Virus record (IMG/VR): IMGVR_UViG_3300042355_000871
Span: 1-57,828 of that record
Source: a virus
Taxonomy: Duplodnaviria; Caudoviricetes
DNA: 57,828 nucleotides
Strand: one strand, 5' to 3'
The position numbers were made by a program, and so were the translations under genes. Under the pieces are notes generated by a model. That model ran no database searches. It saw only the letters and a list, made by a program, of their open reading frames with translations, and had not been told where the DNA came from. Position 1 is the first letter of the stretch, and each line of letters begins with the position of its first letter. Below, one piece after another: positions 8,451 to 17,869 of this stretch.

Positions 8451-11400
8451 TCGGCTTTTTCCGCGGCGACAGCTTTGGAGGCGGCTTCTTCTGGTTGGCG
8501 AAATAGTCGCGCAGGATTGCAAGTTCTTCCTCTGCCTTCGGGACGTTCGCGCGCTTGCTTGCATACTTCGACGTCATGACGCCGATGCCGGTTCCGATAC
8601 CAGCGCCGATGCCAAGCATCATGAGCCCCTTGGCCTGAGCATACTGGTCTTCAAGCTCCTGCACGCGAGCGTAGTTTTCTTCGCTCTTATCGTTCTTGAG
8701 ATTTTCGTAAGCTGTATTCAGCTTTTCCTTGATCATCTCTGCGTTCTGGCCGGCAAGCACTGCCTCGGTCACCGCGCTGCCGCCAATAAGTGCATCCATC
8801 GCCCCGACTTTGCGGCCAATGAACTTGTCAGGGAACAGACCAGATGGAGGCATTACGTCCTTGAGCGGGCGGGCAATCCACGTACCGTCACGCCTCGTCT
8901 CAAAGGGAACCTTGGTCTTCGATCCGCCACGCTGCCAGAACTCGTTGACGTTGGTTGCGCGCTTCCTGATCTCGGCCCGATCCTGCACAGTTTTCGGAGG
9001 AGATATCGGCGCGTTGTTCAGCAGCGCATCGGCCTTCTTGATGGCGTTCTTTGCTGTGAACTTGGAGACGGTCGTTCCGCCAACGCGGAACAGCTTCGCA
9101 CCAGTGGCGCCGGCGATACCACCAAGCAACGGAGCGTAGTCACGGAAGGCCAGTTGCTCGTCAGTCGGTCGCGTGCGCTCAAAAGCAGCGTCTGCCTTAA
9201 GCTTGTCGCGCTCGCCTTCCAGCGTGGCAAGACGCTCGCGAGCCGTCTTCAGGCTTGCGTTGAGTTCGTCCTTGCGGCCACGAATAGCCGCCTTGGTGAT
9301 GTCGCCAAGCGTGCCATCAATGCCAGTCGGGCCAAGGTCGAAGCCTTCGCTGTCAAGCTGCGCCTGGATTTCCTTGTTCGTGCCGTCCGAGAAAATCTTG
9401 AGCGCGCCTTCAAAGTCTGCGATCTGTCCAAGCTCACGTTCAATGAGCATGTCATTGTCGGCAATCTTCTGAGCCGTCTCAGGCGTCTGAGGGACAGCCT
9501 CTCCAGCCATCCCGCCTGCGATAGCGCCGATCGCTCCACCGGCCACGGTACGGCCAATGCCAGATGTGGGGGAACGCCCCATAACTCCCTGCGGCTTGGG
9601 GCTTGAAGCAGAAAGGCGGGTTCCGCCGCCGACACCGAACATGCCTGCCTGTTCAGGGCGCCTGCGCGTTACCGGGACGGCAGTTGTGGGTGGACCTTTG
9701 ACTGGAGCACGCCCGCTTTTGAGGGCGGGTTTAGGCTTTGTGTCGCGACGGTTAACCTTCTCAAGGAAGGCCGCATGTCCGTCTTCTACTTTTTGGGCGA
9801 GGGCTTGGAACTGCTTCCGCGCATCGGCGAGACTATCACGACGGGCTCGAGCGGTATCCCAAGCTTTTCGAGCTGCGCCCGAGTAGCCAGCCGGTGCCGA
9901 TCTTCTGGCAAGATCTCGCTGTGCTGTACTTTTGGATATCCCGGCTGCTTTGGCGAAGTCATCGGTGATCCTTTCAGAAATGGCCTCAATTCGGCCAGCG
10001 TAGTCACCGCCCTCAGTATAGACCGATTTGTAATCGTGCGTGAAGATTGTGGGTGAGCCGTACTTATCCGCCCCAATAGCCCCGTTGAAGGCAGCGTCCA
10101 GTTGCTTCAGGGAGATGCCGCGCGGCATCTCTCCGTCGAAGTTAGGGTTAATGTCGAACTGGTAGCCGTTCGGGTAGCGGTTGTAGCTGAACGTGTGGCC
10201 CTCGGCATTCAGGGCCTTTGACAATGCGCGAAGGTCGGCAGGGCTCATGCGCTCGACCGTTGGCACGAACATTGACAGGCCGCGAATATAGCCCTCGCGA
10301 ACGGCCTCGCCAGCGTCTGCGCCAACCGCAAGCACTTGCGACACAGCCATTGCGGCCTGGCGAAGATCCTCGCCCGCGACAGCGTTGAAGTCCGCGATTT
10401 CGCTGTCCGTCAATCCTTTTAGCGGGATACGAATGTTAGGCGACAGATCGCCCTCAAACGAACCGCCAACGTCGAGCGGGTTTTCCTGCGTCGGGTGGTC
10501 GATGCGCGTGATGTCTTCGGTCTTGTTCATGCGACCAGTAATGGCCTTGGTCAGTTTCTCCCACGGCTGATCTCCTCTAGCGCTCTCGTAGAGCCCGCTT
10601 AGAATCGGCTTCAAATACTCCCGCTGGGTGAGTTCATCGCCCTCCGCCACAGCGCGGTCAAAGCGCTCACGCGCGGCCTTCCCGACCGGCGTGAGCTTCG
10701 TGCCAAACTCAATCGTGGCCTTGGGCGCTGCCCGCCACGGCCCTGCTGTGCGACGCAAGGCATCAGCAAAACCTGGATGCATTAGCGCTTCACGAGTGAT
10801 CTTTTGACCATCAATGCCGGGGATACCGGCGTTGTTCAGCTTGTTGATGATCCCGTCCCAAACCTGATGGTAGGCGTCTCCGGTGGCTGCACCGCTGGTT
10901 TGCGAGCGGAGGTGAACCCACGCCGGCGCCTGAAAGTTCCAGCTCTGAAGATTAAACGGCGGAGCATTCGCCATTTGCGGGTTTGCCGCCTTCATTGCCT
11001 CGGTGATCTGGCCGCTGTGGCGCTCGTTGTACAGGTCGCGCAGCTTGTTGAAATAGATCGCCATCGGCTCGTGAAGCGACTGGTTCGACGACATGACGGT
11101 GTCGTCGATGCCGAACATCTTGCCGACCCACACGTCGTTGACGCTGATCGGGAACCTTGTCGGAACGCCGCCGGTCAGGGCGAGCGTGTCCGAGAAGTGT
11201 CCTGTCTTGTTGCCCGGTAGAGCAGACGTTCCGAGGTCTTTGCGCGTAAGGGCCTGACTGACGGCTGATGGTTGCGTCAGATCAACATCGATAGGCTTGC
11301 CCTGCATGTTGCGCGAGATGGCCGCGAGCGTGCGCTCAAGATTCTCGTCTGGTTTTGCGCGAGCCGACGTGGCACCGACAACGTCCATCGAGTGAATAAA

Positions 11401-14400
11401 CTCTTTGGCCGTGAGGTCGGGGAGATTGTTCCCGAATGCCTCGCCCGATAGTTCGTACCAGAGCATGTCGCGATACGGCAGGCGCATCGCAGCATCCCAC
11501 TGCTCGGCAGGGAATGTCGGCACAACGCCATGCTTGCTTGCCGCATTCTTTGCGGCCTGCGAACTGGCCTCGACCGACTGGCGCCACAGATCCGCCAGTT
11601 CGTCGTCCGTGACATCGAAGCCGGGGCCCTTCGCCGCAAGAAACTCTGGCGAGAGGTCTGTCCAGTTTCCGCCGCCCGGAGCGCCAGGCGTATACGTGCC
11701 GCCAACAACTCGCTCGGCTTCTGGCACGATGACATTCAAGCGCTCCGCTGTGGCGGCGCCGCTGACGCGCGTATCTGCGCGGGCAGCGGCAATTGCCGCC
11801 TGAGTTGGGGTCGGCAGAGATGGTGCTATTGGTTTGCCGCGCTGAATGATTTCAGACAGCGGCCTGTTTCCCGGCTCATACTTTGCTCCCTGCGGAGCTT
11901 TGGGACGGCCTGCAATCGATCCCTGATCCGCCCCACGCACCGGAGGCGGCTTGACGCGCCCAGCACCACGCATGGAGTTGGCGAGGCGAGGACCGTACTT
12001 CCCACCGAGAGCCAGACCCATGCCGCCTAGCGCGCCAGCCTGCGGATCTTCCTGGTTGGCGAACGAGCCGCCGACTGAGCCGAAGCCAGCTAGGGCTACA
12101 TCCTGCTTGAGATTGTCGGCGATGCCGCTTGCGCGAGGCCCACTCACACCAGCTAGAAGCTTGGAGCTTTGTGTTTCGGAGGGGTCGAACTTGGCGAACT
12201 TGCCTCGGATGTTGGAGGGGTCGAAGATAATAAAGCTATCGCCGTCGCCTTCATGGGCATTTCGATAAACAATACTGTCGTAGCCCTTGTCTTGAATGGC
12301 CTTCTTGATGTCGCCCGCAGTAATATCCCACGCTGGTTTGTTGATTTCAATTGGATCTGGCAAGGTCGCTAGCTGATAGCGGAGAGAACCAACCGACCAG
12401 TTGCCGGGGTCTTGAAGGCGGAGCGGATTGCGAGCGCGAGCATACACAGGAAGAACGGCTGCGCCTTCGTGAAACTCTTCGCCAAGTCGTTTAGCTACGC
12501 CAGTAGTTTTGACGATGTTATTCGCCTGCGCTACATTTCCGAGATGGACCCCAAGGGGCTCATCACCTGATCGCGACAGGTTCGCGTTGAACTCATCGAA
12601 ATCTGCGCGCGTCCCATGATACAGCGGCGTATCGACATCAAACCCCTGCTCTCTCGCTCTCTGCATTCGAGAGGGCTCATCCATAGGAAGGGACTTCCCT
12701 CCGAAGCCGTTCTGCGCGGGACGATTGGCGTTGGCTTCTTTGATCTTGCTGACGAGCGTGTTGATGCCAACGCGCTTGCCGTCCAAGAGGAAGACCTTCC
12801 TGTCCTCGCCCTGAACGCCATTGCGCCGGCTCACCTCAAACTGGACCGATACTTTGCCAGCGGCGGTGTCCAGCGTGTCCGTCTCATTCAGGCGCCCAAG
12901 CTGATCAATCTCTGCTTGGGCTGGATCGGCGCGACGACCTCCGAAGCCCATCCTCACTGGCGGTGGCCTTGAAGCGCCAGAAGCGGGAGGCGGGGTCATG
13001 GGCGTGGAGCCCCTCGCGAGACGGTTGCCGAGAACGCCGCCGCCGATGCCGCCGATGCCTGCGCCAAACAGCGCGTTCATGAGCTGCTGGTTCTCGTCCT
13101 CCGCAGGAGCCATCGCCCCAAGGACGCCGCCAGCGACGATGCCAGTGCCGGTCGCAGACGCCGACGATGTCGTGCCGGGCGGGTTGCCTCTGGGGCCGCG
13201 CGTGCGCCCCGGAGACGGAGGCGGTGCAGCAGCCGCAGCAGGTTGAGCGGGAGGGATCAGGCCCTTCTCAGCCATGCGCGCTTCAACGCGGCGGATGACC
13301 TCATTCAGATTGCCCTCGGTCATCGGCTTGCCAATGAGCGGGATCAGCGCGCGGTTCACTTCCTCATCGTAGACGCCAGGATAGCGGAGACGCTGGTAGA
13401 TGTCCTTCGCCGTGCGTGCGATCGGCTTGACCGCCACATCGTTCACAAGGCCCGGCAGTGAGAACTGATTGCCAGAGGTTTCGACACGGTCCAGAACGCG
13501 CGTGATGGCGTCCTCGCCTTCCATGCCAGCGTCACGGATTGCCGCCTGACGCATGGCGGTGTCAGACCCACCCGCAACGCGACGGCCCCACTCACGGTTT
13601 GCGCCGAGCCTGCGGATAGTCTCCTCGAACGTGTCAGCAGCCTTCTGGCTACCAAGCGCCGTCGCCATGTTCTTGAGCGCCTTGTCCTTCAGGAGCTTCG
13701 TCAGCGCGCTCTGGTTGTTGGTCTCGATCATATCCTCGATGTTGCGGGCAACACCCATCGCAAGGGCTTCGACCTCGCCCGCAGTCCAAGGCGATCCGTT
13801 GCGGCCTTTGGACATGTCGCGCCGAAGTTCCCACGTTTTCTGGTTCAGCGCCTTAGTGCCGACCTCGAAGGCATCTTCCAGCCGTTTGACATCCTCAAAC
13901 ACACCAAGCGCGTTGCCATACTCTCCGCCAGTGGCCTGGCTGACGCTGTCGGCAAAGTTGCGCTTCGTGCCGCCAACAATGCGGGCCGTGTCCGAACCGA
14001 ATCCGGCGTCCGCGATGACATCGTCAAAGGCGCGCTTCGTGTAGTCCAGCGCCATCGTGGTCGGAATGGCTGTGCCGCGAACGGGATCGGCCATGTAGTC
14101 GTCGATCGATTTGACCGCGTCCCTAGCGCGGTTCCACTCCATCATTGACCGTTCATCAGCCCCGCGCGCCGCACGCGCCTGAAGATCAGCCGCTACTGAA
14201 GCGAGGTTGTTGCGAGCAGACTGGAGAGCCTTCTGCCCGCTCGGCGTGTTCAGAACCGGGACGATTTCGTTGGCGAAGACACGCGGATCGACAGGGGTGG
14301 CATAGGCATTGTCATAGGCTGGGGCCGCTTCAGTGCGGAGACGGGTTTCCAGCTCGTCCAGCGTGGCAACGGCGTTGTCTGCCTTCTGGCCCGTCGCGCG

Positions 14401-15948
14401 TGTTGCGCCGCGAGTAATGCGGGGAGACAGCTTGTCAGCGTTCTGGTTCACAACGCCAATCAGCGCCTCTTGCAGCGGCCCCGGAGCAGCGCCGCCGGCC
14501 ATCTGGAGGCCACGCAGGTTCGCGCCTGACGAGTTGTCCGTCATCGCCGCAAGTTCGCCGGATGTCTCGTAGACGCCGCTGTCGCCACGACGGGCAAGCC
14601 TCGCCTGGACTTTGCGGATGTCTTCTACCGTCACGCCGTCCGCTTCCATCTTCTTCATGAAGATGTCGTCGGCGCGCTGTTCTGCACGGGAGCGGGCTGG
14701 AACGGGCTGCGGTGCGCTTGCCGTGACCACTGGTGCGTTTGGCGGTGTCGGGGGCACAGGCTGGGCCGCGACGGTTTGCGGCTGTGTGGGGGCTTGCTGT
14801 GCGGTTTGCGTTGCAGCAACGGCAGAAGCCACGGGAGGCATCTGCCGGGATGGTTGGCGCAGGTTAACGCCACCAGCATTGGTAGGCGTTGTGGGAGCAT
14901 CAAGCGCCTTAAGGGCGCGCGGGACGGCGCGAGCAGCTTCAATGCTAACGTAATTGAGCGGGTCAGCAGCGCCCTGCGTACCGGCCATGTTTCGGTCAGA
15001 CCCCGCAGGCGCTGCGCCTGCGCTCATTCCGTAGGCCAGAGCCGCGTTCTCACCAGTCTCAACGCCAACGCCACGAAGCGTGCGCGACATCCCCGGAACG
15101 GTCGCTAAACTCTCGCTGAGTGCTTTACCCCCTTTGAGGATCGGCGCTCCAAATCCGGTAAACACGGATGCAAGATTGCCCGTAACATCAGCAGCCATTT
15201 CGCCCGGTGTAGTGGCAGCGGGTATCGGAAGGCTGGGGAGAATATCGCCAACGGCCTGCTGGTTCTGGACGTAGCCGCCCTGCTGCGCAGCATCTGCGAC
15301 ACGCTGCGTGATATCGCCGTATTCGCCGCCAGCAAGCGCGCCCTGCATCGACGGGTCAAAACCAGCACCATAGGCATTGGCAGTGCTGAGGCCCAATTGG
15401 CCGAGCGTGTTGGCAACGCCAATGTTGGAGTTAACGAACGCACCAGTAGCGCGGCCCGCAAATCGATCCGGTCGCTCCTGGTTCAGTTCAAGCGGTCCAT
15501 CTGGCCCCGTGTTCTTGAACGGGATCGGGGATGCCGCGTTCATCAGCGCAAGTTCTTCGTTGTACTTGTTGACGCGCTGCGCTTCATCACGCTCTGGCTG
15601 CGTTGCCCTGATCTGTGCGGGCGACATGACGGGACCGCGAACAGGCGGGGGCTTCATCCGCGTCGGCTGGCCTGATGTCAGCGTGCGAGCGTCAGGACGC
15701 AGCGGGGACAGCATCGGATCGGTCTTGGGCTTGCGAGCGTACATGTCATCGAACGCCTGACCGTCGCCCCACGGCGTTGCGTCGGGCTGGGACATGGGCG
15801 CCGGTTTTGCGATTGCCGCGGCAGGCTGAACAAGGCCGCGCTTCATCGCCTCTTCGTATGCCGCCTTCTTGTCGGGCGGAAGCAGGCCGCGCTTGTAGGC
15901 TTCCGCCAGCGCATCGGCCTTGCTAATCGAGGTATTTTCCGGAACCAT
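8389..15948 (-). CDS. Giant (2519 aa) internal virion/ejection polyvalent protein with ART-like, HhH-glycosylase-like and PG-binding domains
   Basis: Last of three ejection-position genes. LYHGT...GVHLG...LPVYAR.RNPL...GYDSIVY...FIIFDPSNIRGKFAKFDP; LWYE...ATSAR...GNKTGHF...SVNDVWV; EIQAQLDSEGFDLGPTGIDGTLGDITKAAI. Confidence 0.85.
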   Translation of the reverse strand: MVPENTSISKADALAEAYKRGLLPPDKKAAYEEAMKRGLVQPAAAIAKPAPMSQPDATPWGDGQAFDDMYARKPKTDPMLSPLRPDARTLTSGQPTRMKPPPVRGPVMSPAQIRATQPERDEAQRVNKYNEELALMNAASPIPFKNTGPDGPLELNQERPDRFAGRATGAFVNSNIGVANTLGQLGLSTANAYGAGFDPSMQGALAGGEYGDITQRVADAAQQGGYVQNQQAVGDILPSLPIPAATTPGEMAADVTGNLASVFTGFGAPILKGGKALSESLATVPGMSRTLRGVGVETGENAALAYGMSAGAAPAGSDRNMAGTQGAADPLNYVSIEAARAVPRALKALDAPTTPTNAGGVNLRQPSRQMPPVASAVAATQTAQQAPTQPQTVAAQPVPPTPPNAPVVTASAPQPVPARSRAEQRADDIFMKKMEADGVTVEDIRKVQARLARRGDSGVYETSGELAAMTDNSSGANLRGLQMAGGAAPGPLQEALIGVVNQNADKLSPRITRGATRATGQKADNAVATLDELETRLRTEAAPAYDNAYATPVDPRVFANEIVPVLNTPSGQKALQSARNNLASVAADLQARAARGADERSMMEWNRARDAVKSIDDYMADPVRGTAIPTTMALDYTKRAFDDVIADAGFGSDTARIVGGTKRNFADSVSQATGGEYGNALGVFEDVKRLEDAFEVGTKALNQKTWELRRDMSKGRNGSPWTAGEVEALAMGVARNIEDMIETNNQSALTKLLKDKALKNMATALGSQKAADTFEETIRRLGANREWGRRVAGGSDTAMRQAAIRDAGMEGEDAITRVLDRVETSGNQFSLPGLVNDVAVKPIARTAKDIYQRLRYPGVYDEEVNRALIPLIGKPMTEGNLNEVIRRVEARMAEKGLIPPAQPAAAAAPPPSPGRTRGPRGNPPGTTSSASATGTGIVAGGVLGAMAPAEDENQQLMNALFGAGIGGIGGGVLGNRLARGSTPMTPPPASGASRPPPVRMGFGGRRADPAQAEIDQLGRLNETDTLDTAAGKVSVQFEVSRRNGVQGEDRKVFLLDGKRVGINTLVSKIKEANANRPAQNGFGGKSLPMDEPSRMQRAREQGFDVDTPLYHGTRADFDEFNANLSRSGDEPLGVHLGNVAQANNIVKTTGVAKRLGEEFHEGAAVLPVYARARNPLRLQDPGNWSVGSLRYQLATLPDPIEINKPAWDITAGDIKKAIQDKGYDSIVYRNAHEGDGDSFIIFDPSNIRGKFAKFDPSETQSSKLLAGVSGPRASGIADNLKQDVALAGFGSVGGSFANQEDPQAGALGGMGLALGGKYGPRLANSMRGAGRVKPPPVRGADQGSIAGRPKAPQGAKYEPGNRPLSEIIQRGKPIAPSLPTPTQAAIAAARADTRVSGAATAERLNVIVPEAERVVGGTYTPGAPGGGNWTDLSPEFLAAKGPGFDVTDDELADLWRQSVEASSQAAKNAASKHGVVPTFPAEQWDAAMRLPYRDMLWYELSGEAFGNNLPDLTAKEFIHSMDVVGATSARAKPDENLERTLAAISRNMQGKPIDVDLTQPSAVSQALTRKDLGTSALPGNKTGHFSDTLALTGGVPTRFPISVNDVWVGKMFGIDDTVMSSNQSLHEPMAIYFNKLRDLYNERHSGQITEAMKAANPQMANAPPFNLQSWNFQAPAWVHLRSQTSGAATGDAYHQVWDGIINKLNNAGIPGIDGQKITREALMHPGFADALRRTAGPWRAAPKATIEFGTKLTPVGKAARERFDRAVAEGDELTQREYLKPILSGLYESARGDQPWEKLTKAITGRMNKTEDITRIDHPTQENPLDVGGSFEGDLSPNIRIPLKGLTDSEIADFNAVAGEDLRQAAMAVSQVLAVGADAGEAVREGYIRGLSMFVPTVERMSPADLRALSKALNAEGHTFSYNRYPNGYQFDINPNFDGEMPRGISLKQLDAAFNGAIGADKYGSPTIFTHDYKSVYTEGGDYAGRIEAISERITDDFAKAAGISKSTAQRDLARRSAPAGYSGAARKAWDTARARRDSLADARKQFQALAQKVEDGHAAFLEKVNRRDTKPKPALKSGRAPVKGPPTTAVPVTRRRPEQAGMFGVGGGTRLSASSPKPQGVMGRSPTSGIGRTVAGGAIGAIAGGMAGEAVPQTPETAQKIADNDMLIERELGQIADFEGALKIFSDGTNKEIQAQLDSEGFDLGPTGIDGTLGDITKAAIRGRKDELNASLKTARERLATLEGERDKLKADAAFERTRPTDEQLAFRDYAPLLGGIAGATGAKLFRVGGTTVSKFTAKNAIKKADALLNNAPISPPKTVQDRAEIRKRATNVNEFWQRGGSKTKVPFETRRDGTWIARPLKDVMPPSGLFPDKFIGRKVGAMDALIGGSAVTEAVLAGQNAEMIKEKLNTAYENLKNDKSEENYARVQELEDQYAQAKGLMMLGIGAGIGTGIGVMTSKYASKRANVPKAEEELAILRDYFANQKKPPPKLSPRKKPTTPPPLPPSRPRRNQRPPKP

Positions 15949-17538
15949 TTAGTTCAGCCCCAGCAAAGCGCGGATTTCATCATCGCTCGCATCAGATGCG
16001 GTCGCGCCAGTTGGCGCTTGCGGCAGAGCCGCCTGAACACGCTTGCCAATGAATGAGTTGACCGGAGGCCCCTTGCCCATCTTGACGGCAAGCCAGTCAT
16101 CAAAGGCCGGGACTGCTTTCACCTTGCCCGACTGCGGATCAAACAGGCTGTTTTCCTGCTTGTAGATGTTCCACATCGCGTCGGCTTTCTGCTTCGATTG
16201 CGGATCTCGCGGGTCAATGCTTCGCGTCAGGAAGTTGACGTACTGCTGGCCGCGCTGCTGCAACGCTACAGCTTGCTCGGTCGCCAGCTTGTTGGACTGC
16301 GGGGTGTTGTTCACGTTCACAACCGAGTTCTTGAACATCGTGACATCGGCGTCTGAGTTGCCGCCCGAACCAGGCCGGCGAATGAGCGGCGCAATTGTAT
16401 CGGTCAGTTTTTTGGCTTCCGACGTTCGGGTGCTACCCGCCTGCATCAGATCATTGAAGAAGCCAGCGCCTTGAAGCCAGTCGTCACCTTTGACGACGTC
16501 CATGAACTGTGTGGAGGCACCTGCGATCGTGTCCAGATCGCCCTGACGCGCCTTCACTTCATCAAGCTCAGTCATGCCCTTATTGTAGATTGTCGCAAGC
16601 TGCGAGCCGTCGAAGATTGCATCGCCTGAAGCTTCGGCTTCAGCAGCAGTCCTCTTCAAATCAAGCTCTTGGCCTGCAATGCGCTCGTTCGCCTTGTTGC
16701 CGCGCACAGTCTCGCCGAGCACCCTTTCGCGGTATTCGTCATCTGTCTCATCGCGACCTTGGCGATAATCGAATTCGGTGTTCCAGCGTTGGTCGCCAAC
16801 CGCATCGCGACCACGCGCGTAGTTCCTCTCGTCAGCAGCAAGCGCATCCGCACTGCGCTGACGCTGCTCGCCCTTCACAGCCGCAGCCGCTTCCATCGGG
16901 TTCATGCCCATAGCGATCATGGCGCGAACCTGCGCGGCGTCTGATCCCGCCTGTTGCTGCTGCGGCGTGAAGCCGCCACGCGCTGCCATCGGCGCTGCGG
17001 AGACCTGCGGCTGCATCGCGCCTGCGGGCGGCGTTGCCTGTCCGAGAGCGGCCATGCCGGGGTCTGGGATTGACCACCGAGGGGGGCGCGGCGTCATCGC
17101 GCCGGGCATGGCCTGGGGCTGCGCCGGTGCGACTGACGGGGCGGCTGCGGGTTGCGGCGCCTTCGGCATTAGCGCGCCCAGACCACCCTGAGGTGTCTGC
17201 CGTGGAGCGGATTGTGACGGCATAGGCGCGGCTGATGCATCCGAACCAGATGGCGCTGGGCTTTCCGGGTAAGCCATCGCCGCGGCATCGCCGGGGAACA
17301 TCTGGCTGACGAACAGGTCCGCGATCCGGTCCTGATTGCTCTTGTAGGCGTCCCCCGCCTTGTTGGCCTTCTTCATGGCCTGACGGGCGATGAGCGCCTT
17401 GCCGATCTGTGCTATACCCTCGGGAAGTGATTTGGGTCCGGTCTCAAGCGCGCCCTGCTGGAGAGCCTCCGCAATGTTGCGGCGCTGCTTCAGGCGGTCT
17501 AGCTCGGGGTCGTAGCCTTGGTATCCAGCGTAGGCCAT
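15949..17538 (-). CDS. Internal virion/DNA ejection protein
   Basis: Position between the pilot-like and giant genes; Q/A/P-rich, helical; GSGGNSDADV motif typical of podoviral ejection proteins. Confidence 0.7.
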   Translation of the reverse strand: MAYAGYQGYDPELDRLKQRRNIAEALQQGALETGPKSLPEGIAQIGKALIARQAMKKANKAGDAYKSNQDRIADLFVSQMFPGDAAAMAYPESPAPSGSDASAAPMPSQSAPRQTPQGGLGALMPKAPQPAAAPSVAPAQPQAMPGAMTPRPPRWSIPDPGMAALGQATPPAGAMQPQVSAAPMAARGGFTPQQQQAGSDAAQVRAMIAMGMNPMEAAAAVKGEQRQRSADALAADERNYARGRDAVGDQRWNTEFDYRQGRDETDDEYRERVLGETVRGNKANERIAGQELDLKRTAAEAEASGDAIFDGSQLATIYNKGMTELDEVKARQGDLDTIAGASTQFMDVVKGDDWLQGAGFFNDLMQAGSTRTSEAKKLTDTIAPLIRRPGSGGNSDADVTMFKNSVVNVNNTPQSNKLATEQAVALQQRGQQYVNFLTRSIDPRDPQSKQKADAMWNIYKQENSLFDPQSGKVKAVPAFDDWLAVKMGKGPPVNSFIGKRVQAALPQAPTGATASDASDDEIRALLGLN

Positions 17539-17569
17539 GTGGCTGTTGAACCTTCAGGAAGGGTCGAGA

Positions 17570-17869
17570 ATGAAAAGTGTTGTGGTCGTTCTGGCGCTTG
17601 GTGCGCTTGTGTCGTGTTCGTCAGCGCCGCCGAAGAGCTTTCCGCTTCCCGATGGTCGCGCCGGCTACACGGCTCACTGTGGCGGATACGGATACAGCAT
17701 GGCGGATTGCTACGTGGTCGCCGGCAATTTCTGCGGTGGGCGTTATGAAGTCATCGGAGAAGATCAGGCTTCGCGAACCTACGGATCAGGCGGCAACATC
17801 GGAACAAGCACGACGCGCAGCATAATCTTCACTTGCGAAGTTGCGGCCCCTAAACCCGCATCTCAGTGA
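17570..17869 (+). CDS. Lipoprotein, antisense moron-like (possible superinfection exclusion)
   Basis: MKSVVVVLALGALVSC lipobox; four further Cys; opposite strand inside the virion operon. Confidence 0.7.
   Translation: MKSVVVVLALGALVSCSSAPPKSFPLPDGRAGYTAHCGGYGYSMADCYVVAGNFCGGRYEVIGEDQASRTYGSGGNIGTSTTRSIIFTCEVAAPKPASQ

Noticed and set aside
8317-9606. Long plus-strand ORFs opposite virion genes (also 26822-27886, 33377-34309, 36515-37360)
   Set aside because: Shadow ORFs expected in GC-rich coding DNA; no motifs or convincing SD.
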